Source: Botryllus schlosseri (Eukaryota). Taken from it: DNA of 64,000 bases. The stretch spans positions 7,626,001-7,690,000 of the forward strand of contig CM119382.1 in the NCBI GenBank assembly GCA_051294905.1. Reading direction: 5' to 3'. Position numbers and translations under genes: made by a program. A model generated the notes under the pieces. That model saw only the letters and a program-made list of their open reading frames with translations, had not been told where the DNA came from and ran no database searches. This document shows, in pieces, positions 48,294-60,283 of this stretch (the first letter of the stretch is position 1; each line of letters opens with the position of its first letter).

Positions 48294-51200
48294 TAGGGAT
48301 GGTGTGAACAGCTGAAAGGTTCAGGTTCGTATGAACGCGAACCTTTTTTAAAGTTTCTGCGTGAACGCGAACGTGAACCTATGGCGTCACGTGATGTCAT
48401 ATTGCTATTTCCATCCTTACACTTCGGTGAAGTGATATATTAATGCACAGTACACGATACCTAGCCACATTATGCTACAATAATTCTGAAGTACGTGATG
48501 ACTTCTTAAACGTTAGCCAATGTATCAACTGGAACAATCAAATGCTATAAATCTCATAAAGTCAGCACAGCATCTTAAGTCAATTTGCCAACAATTTCGA
48601 CGAGGACTTTCATGGAAATATAAGCTTACGCCTTAACGGTAGAGGCCAGACCGGGCAACGTATTCGGCGTCTGACTATTGATACATTGATATTGGGGTTT
48701 CTATACTCTCTACTGATATTACCCAATAAACAAGTTATACTGTACACAACACCCCAATCGCACGGACTTGGTTTTATGATGCATCAAACATATCAAATCA
48801 AGATGGATCACGTGAGCCTACTGGATTAAACAACGATGTATTATTTAAACCAGTGGTTCTTAACCTTTTTGGCTTCGCGGACCCCTTTTGACCGTCGCGG
48901 ACTCTCGCGGACCCCCTGAAGTTTTAGTTCAATTTTAGCTCTATTATGGTGCAACCTCCATATCTGTCTTGTGCAAATATGAACTGTAGGCTTGTGATAA
49001 ACAGCAAAATATTCACTTTTCTTGAAAATAACATCATAGAAATTGGTAGACTTTTATTATTTCAAAGCTAATTTTGCTGCAGTATTTCTTGAAGTACGTG
49101 GTCGTGTCTTGAAAATCCACGTCTTCGTTTTGATAGAAACGAGGAGTGCCGAAAACCATTTCCGCAAAGATAGATGGAGGCTAATGCAATATTACCGCAT
49201 AACGCTTCCGACGATACTTTTGGTGTGATCGCAACATTTATGGCACCAAAATGAAGAAACATATATTTCATGAACATATCACGTCCAGCATCTAGCGCAG
49301 GGACGAGCAACATACAGACCACGGGCCGGACTCGGACCGCGACGGCATTTTGATCGGCACGCAGAGAGTTTCTACCGTCAAAGTAAAATCCTAATCTAAG
49401 AGTATAGACAAATTTTATGCGCCAAAGAATGGATCCAAGTTTTCCAACCTGAGAAAGACTGTCATCAAACTACTTGTTCTGTTCGGGTTTACATATAGGC
49501 TATATTTACGAGCAAACATTTTCGGCCATGAACAATTGAACATTAACAAGACAAGGCTGCATACCAATGTAACTGGTGATATGAATTTCAGGAATGAAGC
49601 GTAATGCTTTGATAGCAACGAAACACTCCTTTTTCATCAAAAAAGCAGCCTTATTGTCGATAGGGCATCCGCAATAAGAATGCGCCAAATTTGATAGCCG
49701 AGCTTTAAGAGCAGGTATATCATTGTCCGATTTATGACGGGTGTCAGCCGAAAATATCCGGGTACATTTCAATATGAATATACTATTCAATTGTATATTG
49801 AAGTTCTGTACCTCCAAGAAGCTGTTTAAATAGTGGTTATGTATATCACAGGATAAAATGGATTTCGTGGCGAGGTTTCAATCCCTGCATTGGGACAAAT
49901 TAGGGATATAATTCGGAAATTTTTATTTCAAACGACTGTACTGTACACTAATTTGATGAGACTGACAACTTCAAATCGAGAAGGTTTCGCAGACATTACG
50001 AAGTCGCCATGATTGACGTTACTATCTCCATAACAAAACGTCTCTAAACAGCAATATGTTGGTATCAGCAGGTTAATGGAAAACTGGCAATGAAAATGAA
50101 TTTCTACACTACGATAGTTCATGCCAGACGATTATTATGGCGGTATGTGAGTACGAGGTTTTAGCAGTTGTGGTGCGAAACTACCTCATGCTTTCCAAAT
50201 TAAGAAATAAAATAAGAATTAGAATATAAACCATACTAAAAATTTAGAGGTCTCGTGGACCCCCTGAAATTGCTTCGCGGATCCCCGGTTGAGAACCGCT
50301 GGTTTAAACGGATTTCATTGATTAGTTGAATAAGCATTAGGGATGGTATGAACCTCTGAAAGGTTCAGGTTCGTGTGAACGCGAACCTTTTTGGAAGGTT
50401 TTGTGTGAACGCGAACTTGAACCTCATGGCGTCACGTGACGTGATATTGCTAATTCCAGCCATACATTTCAGTGAAATGATTGTTTATATTTTGTACACG
50501 ATACCCAGCGACGACTCGGGCCACATAATGCAACATGCTGAAACTGCCATTTTAAACGTAGCCAAATGTATCAACTGGGGCAATTAAATGATATAATAAT
50601 CCCATCAATGTCAAAATCAATGTCATCCGTCGCTTTGCCAACAATTTCGACGGGGACTTGCAAAGGAATATAAGCTTACGGTCAAGGCCAAACCAGAAAA
50701 TGCATTCGGCATCTGAGTATTGCTACGCTGATATCGAGCAGAGTGTAAAACGGGTTTTCATACTTGCTATCGATATTACCTCATCCACTGTAGTAGCCAA
50801 CACCACAATCGCACGGTTGTGGTTTTATGATAAAATTAACATTGAACATATGAAATCAAGGCTGACCCCGTAGGCGTGCTAGAATTTTTACATCGGACAA
50901 CGATATCTACTTTGATTGATTAGTTGAATAAGCATCATTCGCTGACTGTCTATTGTACCTACATGTAGTGTATTTCGCTCCTGATGTTGCTTGATTGCGG
51001 GTCCAGCTCCCAGCAGATAGTCAGTAAATTTTCGAGCAAACTTTTGTAACAAAACAAGTAAAATTTTTGAGATTGTCAAGGTGCATGCTCGTCTTGTGTT
51101 GATTTTTATTTGCTCCTAGACCTATCCATATAGTGGCCGGCAGTTGAAATGCAATAAATTTCTACCAAATATGTTATAATGAAGTGAAAATTGTAATATA

Positions 51201-51320
51201 TATAAAAAAAAAGGTTCACAGTGCAAAACCAACCAAGGTTCGATTGTGAACGTGAACCTCTAAATTTCGGAGGTTGACACACAGAACGCGAACGTGAACT
51301 TCACGTTCACACCATCCCTA
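48294..51320 (+). mobile_element. Composite of two TAGGGATG hAT copies (partial 48294-50337, full 50338-51320) splitting the JAK fragment
   Basis: Outer TSD ctggtcgt/ctggtcat (7/8). Confidence 0.85.
48851..50301. mobile_element. hAT element nested in the composite
   Basis: TIR cagtggttcttaacc / ggttgagaaccgctg; TSD atttaaac/gtttaaac. Confidence 0.82.
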
Positions 51321-51539
51321 CTGGTCATATACGGCGATTGACCCTGCCGCAGAAATCTCGGTCCGACCGATCGCCCGAGATGGTGGACAGGCCGCTCGAA
51401 GATGGCGCTAGGTTTCCGGAGACGAAAATAACCCCCAACTATGTGTACAGGATGATGCGAGATTGCTGGGCGTATGACAAGTGCGGGCGGTTGAAGTTTG
51501 CCGAGAGCGGAACGCGACAGGCTGGTGCCGCTCGCGAAC

Positions 51540-52374
51540 GGGATATTCCGAACCTGGACAACAAAAGTTGGAAGCACCGCATTCCCAAATCTTCCGAAAT
51601 TTGGTGCATGCATCGATGAGTCAATTTCGATGAAAATAAAGTTTATTTGAGGGAAATTGAACTCCGGGGTCAAAAGTTAGGTCATTTTGAAAATTGACGA
51701 TTTTCTGTTCATTTTAGTTCTGCAGCATTCAGGTTTTATCAATGTAAAATTAGACAAGGTGTAAACAGACGTTGGATTACGGTTGAGATTTGGCACTGAG
51801 TTTTCTGAGAAGCTAGTCTATTGGTCTATATCCCCATGTGGTATTAAATGCCATGTGGTGTAGTGTTAAAGGTGAAATTGGGGTGGAACTTGATCGGTAG
51901 TCTGAAATCGGTCAAGCATTACACAATTAGGAATGCGAATTGTTCAAAACCCTTTAAAAATATTCCAGCGAGTAGGGTATCATATGACTCAACTTATATT
52001 CATCACTGCCACTGAAGACAATATATGTCAAGTTTCAACTACCTATTTGAAACCAAGAGCTGTTCCGTGGGTATATATTAATGAGAATAGATATTAGCTA
52101 CTCATTGCTCCCGCCGTTTATCCGCCCGTTGCTAAATTTCTCAACTTTGACATTCAGAGTTTTCTTTTTTATAAGGAGCACAACTTTACCGGAAGCAGAA
52201 AATGAGCAGAAAATCGTCAATTATCAAAATGACGTGACTTTTGACCCCAGATTTCAATTTTCCTCAAATAAACTTTTTTGTGTTTGAAATTATCTCATCT
52301 ATGCATGTACAAAATTTCAGAAGATTTAGGAATGTGGTGGTTCCAACTTTTGTTGTCCAGATTGGGAATGGCCC
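51540..52374. mobile_element. MITE with ~140-bp TIRs (GGG...CCC termini) at the junction of the JAK fragment and unit B
   Basis: 51540-51680 is the reverse complement of ~52240-52374; no TSD, consistent with an adjacent deletion. Confidence 0.75.
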
Positions 52375-53384
52375 GATAGTGAATAAAAAAACGTTACAAT
52401 ATGAAGCCAGTGATGTTCGATCTTTGGTAGAGTTGAAAGGATATCGTCAACATTGGTCCAATGCAAAGCCATATTGTCATTTTCGAACATGTTGAAACCG
52501 ATAGAAATAATGCACAGCACGATTTGCGGGACGCATATCAACCGGGGTTGCAGTCACGTCGTGTGGATTATAAACCGCTGGATGGAACGAAAGAGCAACC
52601 AGAGTGGGCACATATTTGGGTCTGTTTATTTATAGATAACCAACCTACTATAAAATAGTTATCTATAGTCTGTCGAACTGCAGATATCAGGAGCGTGCGT
52701 GGAGCTGCAGTGCAAGTGTCCAGGCGAGGGAGATTATTTTATTGCTCCGGAATGAGATTTAAGAGACCGAATTTTGGATATGCAGCTATGCTGTCCTAGA
52801 ACATGCTACATAATGGACGTAACTCTGATGATATAGTAGTTCGTGTACTAATTTACAACCTCCCTTACAACATATTTAGGCTATGCATGGCATTGAATAT
52901 AGACTGTGAATAGGAACTTAACGATTTAAGCAAGCAATATTGCACATTTGAGTTCTGATTTGGCTGTGAAGTGTCATACAATGACGGGTGACCTCTGACC
53001 TCATACATCGTTAGCCTTAGTGCCATGTCATTGAAGCATTTAAATCTGTAATCTTGTTCATCAACTTGAACAGTGTGTATAGCCTATTTTCTGAAATTGA
53101 ACTAAAGTCAATGAATGTGCTATTCATGGGCATTTGTGAAGGTCTAAACCAGCTGCGCTTTAGTTTTATCATGGAATTATTCATTTAACGGAGTCGCATA
53201 CTTTGTGAGCTATTACCTCGTTGGATAGGCCTACACTATATATATAATGAATCGAAAGATTGACTTCGAATCATCGAATGGTATTGATAAATGTCTCTAA
53301 CTCGTTGAATTAATTCTACCACAGTGAACTTCATCACAATCACGGAAAATCCATACTATTAAGTAATAATCAGAATTAACAACC

Positions 53385-56300
53385 ATGAGTGTTCCGGTTA
53401 AAGTCTTCACCGGATTAAAGAAGGCTCAGAATATCACCGAGCATATGATCAATCACGAGATAATAGACGTTATCGTCACAACATCTTCAAAATTCGATGA
53501 GCTGGTTCAAAAATGCTCCGTCCATTGCGGCATCAAGCCCATGTACGCTTCCTTATTCGCCATATGGGACGCGCGCAACAAAGTTTGGACAAATCTGGGA
53601 AATGACATTTTCCCGTTGCAGGACCATAACGGTATGGCCGGAGAGGATACCACAGCTGGATGTACTTTCGAGTTCAGAATACGTTTTCTCATGAAAACAG
53701 AAACTACAGTAAATGGACAAAAAGGGGAATCACAAAGATATGACGCCAGCCGGGTTATGGACAAAGTAATCGTTGAATATTTGTACAGACAGAGGCGCGA
53801 TGACTTTTTGTTTGATAACATCGCACTTGCGCCAGGGACTGACGCCGACGATGACTCATATACTTTGGCACTCGGAGTCGCAGCATTAGATCTGTTGTGT
53901 CTGTCTCAAATATCTAAAACTAAGCTTCAGATCCTCGAAAAGAGGGTTCCCGTGAAACGGTTGTTGTCAAAATCATTCAGAAATCGCCTGCGCCACTGCG
54001 GCTTGGTAAACCGTTGGCAGATCAAAGTAAAATTCAAACACTTCGTACGGTATCTGATACCAGTCGCGCAACGTTGGGAAGATAGCGGACATGACTTGGA
54101 CTTATTCCTGCGACGTTACCTCCTTAATTTAGAACTCTTCACCGCGACGTATGGCGTGGAACGTTACGATTTAGCCACGAAAGGGTACATCACAGTGTCA
54201 GCTGATAATGGAATAACTCTTCATGGTGATGGGAAAAAGGAAGAGAAATGGTGCGATTTCTCCGAAATCACGCACATGACACTGCAGGTCCGGTCGCATG
54301 ACGATACTGGGTCTGTCCAGGTTGTTGAACAAGACGCCGCCCAAGAAAATGTTCCCCAAAGCGCATTCATTGTTAACATCAGTAAGCTTGACGGCACTTG
54401 TAAAACATTCAGTATGAACTCGGGCACAAGCGCCGAAAATCTAGCGTCTTGCATTGACGGGTATTACAGATTGTTAGTTGACGCTCATCATTACTTATGC
54501 AAGGGCGTGTGCTCAACTGATTTAGTACAACACATACGTTTGAAGTGTCACGGGCCTATAACGTGCGGGTATGCTGAGAAACTGCTCCAGGAAAGACACA
54601 AGCTAGGAGTAGCAACAGTTGGTGATTGTGTAATACGTAAGAGCAGAGAAAACTGGGATGAGTACTTTGTGAACTCGGTACTTTCTGTAGACCCGTTCAA
54701 GACTGGCAACTACAAAATGGACCGGTCCGACGATAACCTGCTGGGACTTTACGGCTGGCAGGAGTCGCACAAGCATGAAAACTTGGAAAGTCTGTTAGAA
54801 GAATGTGCCGAAGGGCGGCATGATAACCGCAAAATACCGATAAACAAAAGCAAAATCTTAGCGCCAAAACCGAAACACAAAAGCAATCTTATCGTCCGTC
54901 TATCGCGTGACTCGTTGATCGCGATATATCCGACGGACGACCAGCAGATAGGGCCACGGGCTGCTCTTATCGAGCTTGACGCTAATGCGAAACAAAACGT
55001 TAATCATTTAGGCACTGGCGCATTCACAATAGTGAAGCGATACAAAAACGAGAACACGGGCCGATGCATGGTCTTCAAAAGCATACTTGAACAGAACGAG
55101 CCACAGCAGAACCACCACATTCACACGTCCTTTCAAGACTCTACCGCGCTGCTGAATCGTATAAGTCATCGGCATTTCGTGCAGCACCTTGGAATGACTA
55201 TGAGCCACGTTACAGGGATATGGCTCGAGTACCTGCCTCTCAAATCCATCACGCAGTATCTGGAGTCGCGTAATCTCGAACTGCGGAACAGTCCTGCGTG
55301 GTTTTTACACGCTCTGTGGCAGGTGACGCACGCATGCCACTATCTGGAAGAGATGGGGTTAGCGCACGGTAATCTACGGGGAAAAAACATACTTCTGCAG
55401 TGTGACGCGCCACAGCCGCATGTTAAGATATCCGACTCTGGCGTGCGTACCAGGCGGCGAGTTATGAACGATGGCCGGGTCGCTAAGACTTCGATTGTGG
55501 ATCCGATGCTGCCAGCGCCGTGGCTCGCGTACGAGTTTTGCTTTCGAGATAGATCTTCTGGTATCAAATACCCTACCATAGAAGCCGACAAATGGAGTTA
55601 CGGCGCTACGGTTTGCGAGATTTTAAACTGGGGTAAAATACGATTGGGGCCTGTGTACGGCGGTGAACTGCATGGCCCTATGCGGCAATTCTACCAGCAC
55701 GGCGACTTGCGTGGCTGTCTTGGCCTGCCGGAATTGATTACAGGCAGTCAGGAGTTATGTGATTTAATCACAGCATGCTGGTCAGTGGCGCCTGATCAAA
55801 GACCGCCGTTTCAGAAAATTCTCAGAGAAATTGGCTCTATACTAACGGGCGGTTATGTCTTACTGTCAGTGGCTAGTGAGCCAATCGTCGAAGCTGTCAT
55901 TGAGTTAGACCTCGATGTCCCGACTTACGAAGACGAGAAGCTAACACGGATTTCCATATTAGGGGCTGGACGTTATGGTACTGTTGAGCTTTCCGCATAT
56001 GATCGTCATCGTAACACTTTGACAGAGAAGGTAGCGATAAAAGAGCCGAAGGATTCTTCTTCTATGAAACAGCACAATGAGTTTATTCAGGAGATCGAAA
56101 CCATGAAACGCACGAACCTCCCGTACGTGGTAAGGCTTTTGGGGGTCACCGAACCATCGGGACGTATCGTGATGGAGTATTTGAAAAATGGATCATTAGC
56201 GGACTTCATGAGGCGACGTAGGAATGAGGGTAATTGGCTTCCAACATCACAGTTGCTGAGATACTGCTCGCAGATTGCCGAAGGCATGACTGCGTTGCAA

Positions 56301-56816
56301 GAAATGCGCCTCGTCCATCGAGACCTTGCGCTTAGGAATATCTTACTCGCTGATAATCCTTCCTATATTAAGATATCGGATTTTGGGTTGTCCCGTTTTG
56401 TACGAGAGGATCGGGAATATTACTCTGGAATAATAGACCATTTTCCGGCGTTCTGGTACGCGCCTGAGTGCCTTCGCCCTGACTTAGTGCGGTCATTTGG
56501 CTTTGAATCTGACGTCTGGTCGTACGGCATTACAGTGTGGGAGTTATTTACGTACGGTGACTTTCCCTGTCATGAAAATCTTCGTTCGGTCAGCAAGTCC
56601 GAGATTGCGGACAAGCTGCGGCGCTGGCTCGAGGATGACGGTAGGTTGCCGCAGACAGTCAAGTGCCCCGACGAGGTTTACAAGATGATGCACGAGTGCT
56701 GGGCGTATGACAAGCTCAAGCGGTGGAAGTTTGATAAGATTAAAGCGGAATGCGACAGGCTGGTGCCGCTCGCGAACGCAAACCAACTGACATACACCCG
56801 CAATTCCGAGGGGTGA
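53385..56816 (+). CDS. JAK: Janus kinase, copy B (tandem paralog), single coding exon, 1143 aa
   Basis: Same architecture with catalytic motifs intact (GAGRYG, VAIK, HRDLALRN, DFG, EYY). Colinear with copy A apart from a 15-nt and a 3-nt in-frame indel. Confidence 0.96.
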   Translation: MSVPVKVFTGLKKAQNITEHMINHEIIDVIVTTSSKFDELVQKCSVHCGIKPMYASLFAIWDARNKVWTNLGNDIFPLQDHNGMAGEDTTAGCTFEFRIRFLMKTETTVNGQKGESQRYDASRVMDKVIVEYLYRQRRDDFLFDNIALAPGTDADDDSYTLALGVAALDLLCLSQISKTKLQILEKRVPVKRLLSKSFRNRLRHCGLVNRWQIKVKFKHFVRYLIPVAQRWEDSGHDLDLFLRRYLLNLELFTATYGVERYDLATKGYITVSADNGITLHGDGKKEEKWCDFSEITHMTLQVRSHDDTGSVQVVEQDAAQENVPQSAFIVNISKLDGTCKTFSMNSGTSAENLASCIDGYYRLLVDAHHYLCKGVCSTDLVQHIRLKCHGPITCGYAEKLLQERHKLGVATVGDCVIRKSRENWDEYFVNSVLSVDPFKTGNYKMDRSDDNLLGLYGWQESHKHENLESLLEECAEGRHDNRKIPINKSKILAPKPKHKSNLIVRLSRDSLIAIYPTDDQQIGPRAALIELDANAKQNVNHLGTGAFTIVKRYKNENTGRCMVFKSILEQNEPQQNHHIHTSFQDSTALLNRISHRHFVQHLGMTMSHVTGIWLEYLPLKSITQYLESRNLELRNSPAWFLHALWQVTHACHYLEEMGLAHGNLRGKNILLQCDAPQPHVKISDSGVRTRRRVMNDGRVAKTSIVDPMLPAPWLAYEFCFRDRSSGIKYPTIEADKWSYGATVCEILNWGKIRLGPVYGGELHGPMRQFYQHGDLRGCLGLPELITGSQELCDLITACWSVAPDQRPPFQKILREIGSILTGGYVLLSVASEPIVEAVIELDLDVPTYEDEKLTRISILGAGRYGTVELSAYDRHRNTLTEKVAIKEPKDSSSMKQHNEFIQEIETMKRTNLPYVVRLLGVTEPSGRIVMEYLKNGSLADFMRRRRNEGNWLPTSQLLRYCSQIAEGMTALQEMRLVHRDLALRNILLADNPSYIKISDFGLSRFVREDREYYSGIIDHFPAFWYAPECLRPDLVRSFGFESDVWSYGITVWELFTYGDFPCHENLRSVSKSEIADKLRRWLEDDGRLPQTVKCPDEVYKMMHECWAYDKLKRWKFDKIKAECDRLVPLANANQLTYTRNSEG

Positions 56817-57787
56817 CAGTAAGTCTGTTGTGATGGGCTTCCGCTCTGATAGCATGAAAAGGTTTTGATTACATTATTTGTCCACTCAAACGGTGACGTT
56901 TCTACACTACTGCCAGTTCTACAATATTTTGTCTGGTTATATGAAATTTAGGCAATGGCCATACCCGGAGATCGTTTGTCCGTGATGAAATACATATACT
57001 TTTTCTGAGTATTTAATGTAGGTTTTACTTTTACTTCTATTTGAACAGTTTCTAGCCGAATATTGCTTTTTGCGTTTTATAGAAAATAGTTTTGTGCTGT
57101 TTTTGCGTCACTTTTGTGATTGAAATAAAGTACGAATTTGTTTAAATATGTAAGTATTTTGTCACTGACCGCCTATGCGTATTACTGCTGTATTCGGAAT
57201 TAGCGTTGCCGGTTATGTCACTCCTAGGTATTTTCGGCCCCAGGGTACTCGGTTATCAACATCAACGGGGACCACGTTCCTTGCATTATTATCAATAACC
57301 TCATGTGTTCAATCACCGCTGGTAACTTATTTTCATGGTCAATCGGGGATTCTCGATTCGTGATAAATGGAAATGCGGCGATTGGTATTTCTACGCCATA
57401 TCGTACAAAAGGAAATGTGATATATAATACGTGTCGTACTGCGTTATCATGGTATGTTTGCTGTCATGTACAGTTTTTACAGTATTCCTTATACCTCGTC
57501 GTTATCCGATTATTACCTATCGCTTCATGAAATGATATCAACCTTCCAACAAGGTGTAATATCGCATTTCATTGCCCTGAAACCGATCATTTTCATCAGA
57601 TTGATGGGCGAAATCCTTACTGCGTCACGTCGATATTGATACATGAGCATTACTGCTCGTACTAGGGCTAACCCTTTTTCATCAACTTCGTTCAACGATT
57701 GGGCTCTTTCATAATTTTAAGCTTGCTTCAAGCTGTGCTGCACAGCCACGGCCTACGGCTTGCATTGGGTCGCAGGTCTTCTTTACG

Positions 57788-58215
57788 GGTTCCATACTAT
57801 TACCGAGAATGCTATTACCGAGATGGACATTACCGAGAATGCTACTACCGAGAATGGACATCACCGAGAACGGACTTTACCGAGAATGGACATTACCGAG
57901 AACGGACATTACCGAGAATTGACATTACCGAGAATGGCCAATGCCAAGAATCTAGCTTAATGTAACGGAAACTGTCGAGAAATTTATAACTGAGAGTCGA
58001 TACCGAATGTGACAACGCCGTGATGCACATACACGACCTGTTCACGTGCATAACAAGCCTGCATTGCATTCTCGGTAATGTCCATTCTCGGTAGTGTCCA
58101 TTCTCGGTAATGTATATTCTCGGTATTGTCCATTCTCGGTAATGTCCATTCTCGGTATTGTCCTTCTCGGTAATAGCATTCTCGGTAATAGCATTCTCGG
58201 TATTGACCGGACACC
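57788..58215. mobile_element. Foldback/Mutator-like MITE with inverted arrays of a 15-16-bp tandem unit
   Basis: (cattaccgagaatgga)n on the left and its reverse complement on the right; GG...CC ends; perfect 9-bp TSD ttctttacg; empty site at ~41779 in unit A. Confidence 0.88.
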
Positions 58216-59426
58216 TTCTTTACGTCATCACTATTTTCGTATATTTTGGCTATATTTTTACGCGTTCTGAAACTACGTTTACTGTCGCCGGTATGATCTT
58301 GATTTTATCGCATATCGTCATTCCCAAGTCTCGGCCGTTCTCCTGCCTGTTTCACTGGTGACGTTATGTTTCCTTTTTCGCGCGCCCGTCGTGCCTCCGC
58401 GAGTAACAACGATGCAGTCATTGGCGCCAGTCTTTAAGAAAGACGAACTCTCGCCATACCTCGCCCGGTACATTGTGAGACATTATTAAACCCATTTGTT
58501 TCCGCGCGTCTGAAGGAACGAATTTTCTCACCGTTCCAGAAGGTTTCGGTAATTAACGCAGTTGACTGTAGAGTGTAGAGCTTGTTGCGGGTTCTTCAGT
58601 GAAGCTCACAGGCCCAACTGTAATCACCATGGCGCTACCAGTATATGTGCTAATTTTCAATTGTGGATACGTTTACTTCGAAAGCTAATATATTTTAGTC
58701 TCATTCGTGCTCCAGCCCCCGTCGCCATGTAGGGTGCCTCAATTTGTTATGTATTTTGTACTGACGCGATGCATTCCCTAACAATATGATTGGAAGTCTG
58801 GTGTGGTGTAGTTTCGTATCATCACAGTTATTATTTTCAATTATTATTGGTCGTCGGTATTGTGGTAAATGTTGAATCTTGTCAACCGTGTCGTATTTAT
58901 TATATAAATCAAATGCATCTCAACGCAACTACTCGCCTACCGTACTGTTATTTTGTGATGGGACTACCGGTGTAATGTGGAATTTGAATTTATCAATATC
59001 ATTCCTAAATTGCGTGCCGCACTATAAATAACTAACTTACGGGGTTGCGTAGGTTAGTTGTCTGTCTATAGCCGCACGTCGGGTAAATTCAGCCAAGCTT
59101 GCTATTCCGAGTAAGAGCAAGTATTTCTATGGCGTCGTTAGAAAAATCCCCTTGTGCCTGTCACGGATCGTTGATTTCTTCATGTAACGTCGCCGTACTC
59201 GTTCATCACTCACCATAATCGCTTTGCCCTTACAATCTGATCTAGAAGTTGGCAACATTGTGCGGGTATGACATAATTTGTCGAATGATCTCCGCGGTGG
59301 ATTCTGAAATGTTCTGTCGTTTTGCATGTGTCACCACTTCGTACACGCAATCAGTTGCATTTTTGTGGCTCAAATAAAGTATTGATATCCGATTGCATTA
59401 TCATGACTACCCGCGATACTTTACGC

Positions 59427-60283
59427 CAGTGGTTCGCAACCTTTTTGGATGTCGGAACCGCATTTCAAACTTCACAGTACTGATGGAGCCGCATGAAAAC
59501 ACTCGAGTAGGCTACTTATAACGAAAATTTTAAGGTAGCTTAGCTAGCCTAGCCTACGTCTGGATCTCACCAATCACCATCCAGCTAGTTCCAAAGCATG
59601 CATAATCGCAACGTTTTGTTAGGGTAACCTGACAATCTGATTAGTGAATGGCTGGAATCCGGAGAAAAAGACATTTTCGAACAACCCTACTGCACATAGA
59701 CTAATATAGATTATATATCGGTTATTTTAGCATTGATAGACGCAAATTGGCGAGTGCTATACACTGAAATAAACTGCAAATGCATATCATTAATATAATG
59801 TATACTATTATGTCGTTGTGTGATAGCTCTTTATCCATCTTAAGGCACGGGTTTGCCGGGAATTATACGCTGAGTTTTATTGGACTTATTGCAATTTATA
59901 CTTGACTATGAGCCGTTATTTTGATGTTAGTAAAATTGTGTCGAAATTCAATCTTGACAGAGACGATATATAAAGGTATATGACCACCAGAACTCAAGAT
60001 CCGGCGGGTATTCAATTCATCCATGCGCTTAAGACGCAGTCTGCAAGAATTCTCCTTTCCGGTTTTCAGAAGTGGGCTTGGACGACTTTAGAAAACCTGA
60101 TATCGCTCATTTTAGCATTCATATACATAAATTGACTATAACCGCTCATAGAAAGAAGCAATAACAACAACAACTGTCGTCTAGTATATTTTGGTGGCAT
60201 ATTTAGAGGTTAATAAGAGCCGCATCCAAGACGGCTACCTTGAAGACGCATGCGGCTCTGAGAGCCGCGGTCGGGAATCACTG
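59427..60283. mobile_element. hAT-type non-autonomous element, unit B only
   Basis: TIR cagtggttcgcaacc / tcgggaatcactg; TSD degenerate (5/8); empty site at ~42912. Confidence 0.75.

Larger units (their letters stand above)
48180..51539 (+). pseudogene. JAK (fragment): Third JAK copy: frameshifted fragment of the JH1 C-lobe in two pieces (48180-48293 and 51321-51539), split by a ~3-kb transposon composite
   Basis: Nucleotide match to JAK-A ~40053-40414 (YYSG..DEF..YWY, WSYG, NLGP, EMVDR, CWAYDK, VPLAN) with indels; shares A-specific rather than B-specific bases. Confidence 0.88.

Noticed and set aside
37094-56855. Numerous short ORFs overlapping the JAK CDSs on the antisense strand or in shifted frames, conserved between copies
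   Set aside because: Their conservation is explained by the underlying JAK sequence; typical shadow ORFs of a GC-richer CDS.
57794-58205. CRISPR-like or minisatellite-coded ORFs (57699, 57760, 57984, 58158)
   Set aside because: Units are contiguous with no spacers, are arranged as inverted arrays inside a TSD-flanked element, and no cas genes are present. The ORFs are by-products of the repeat.
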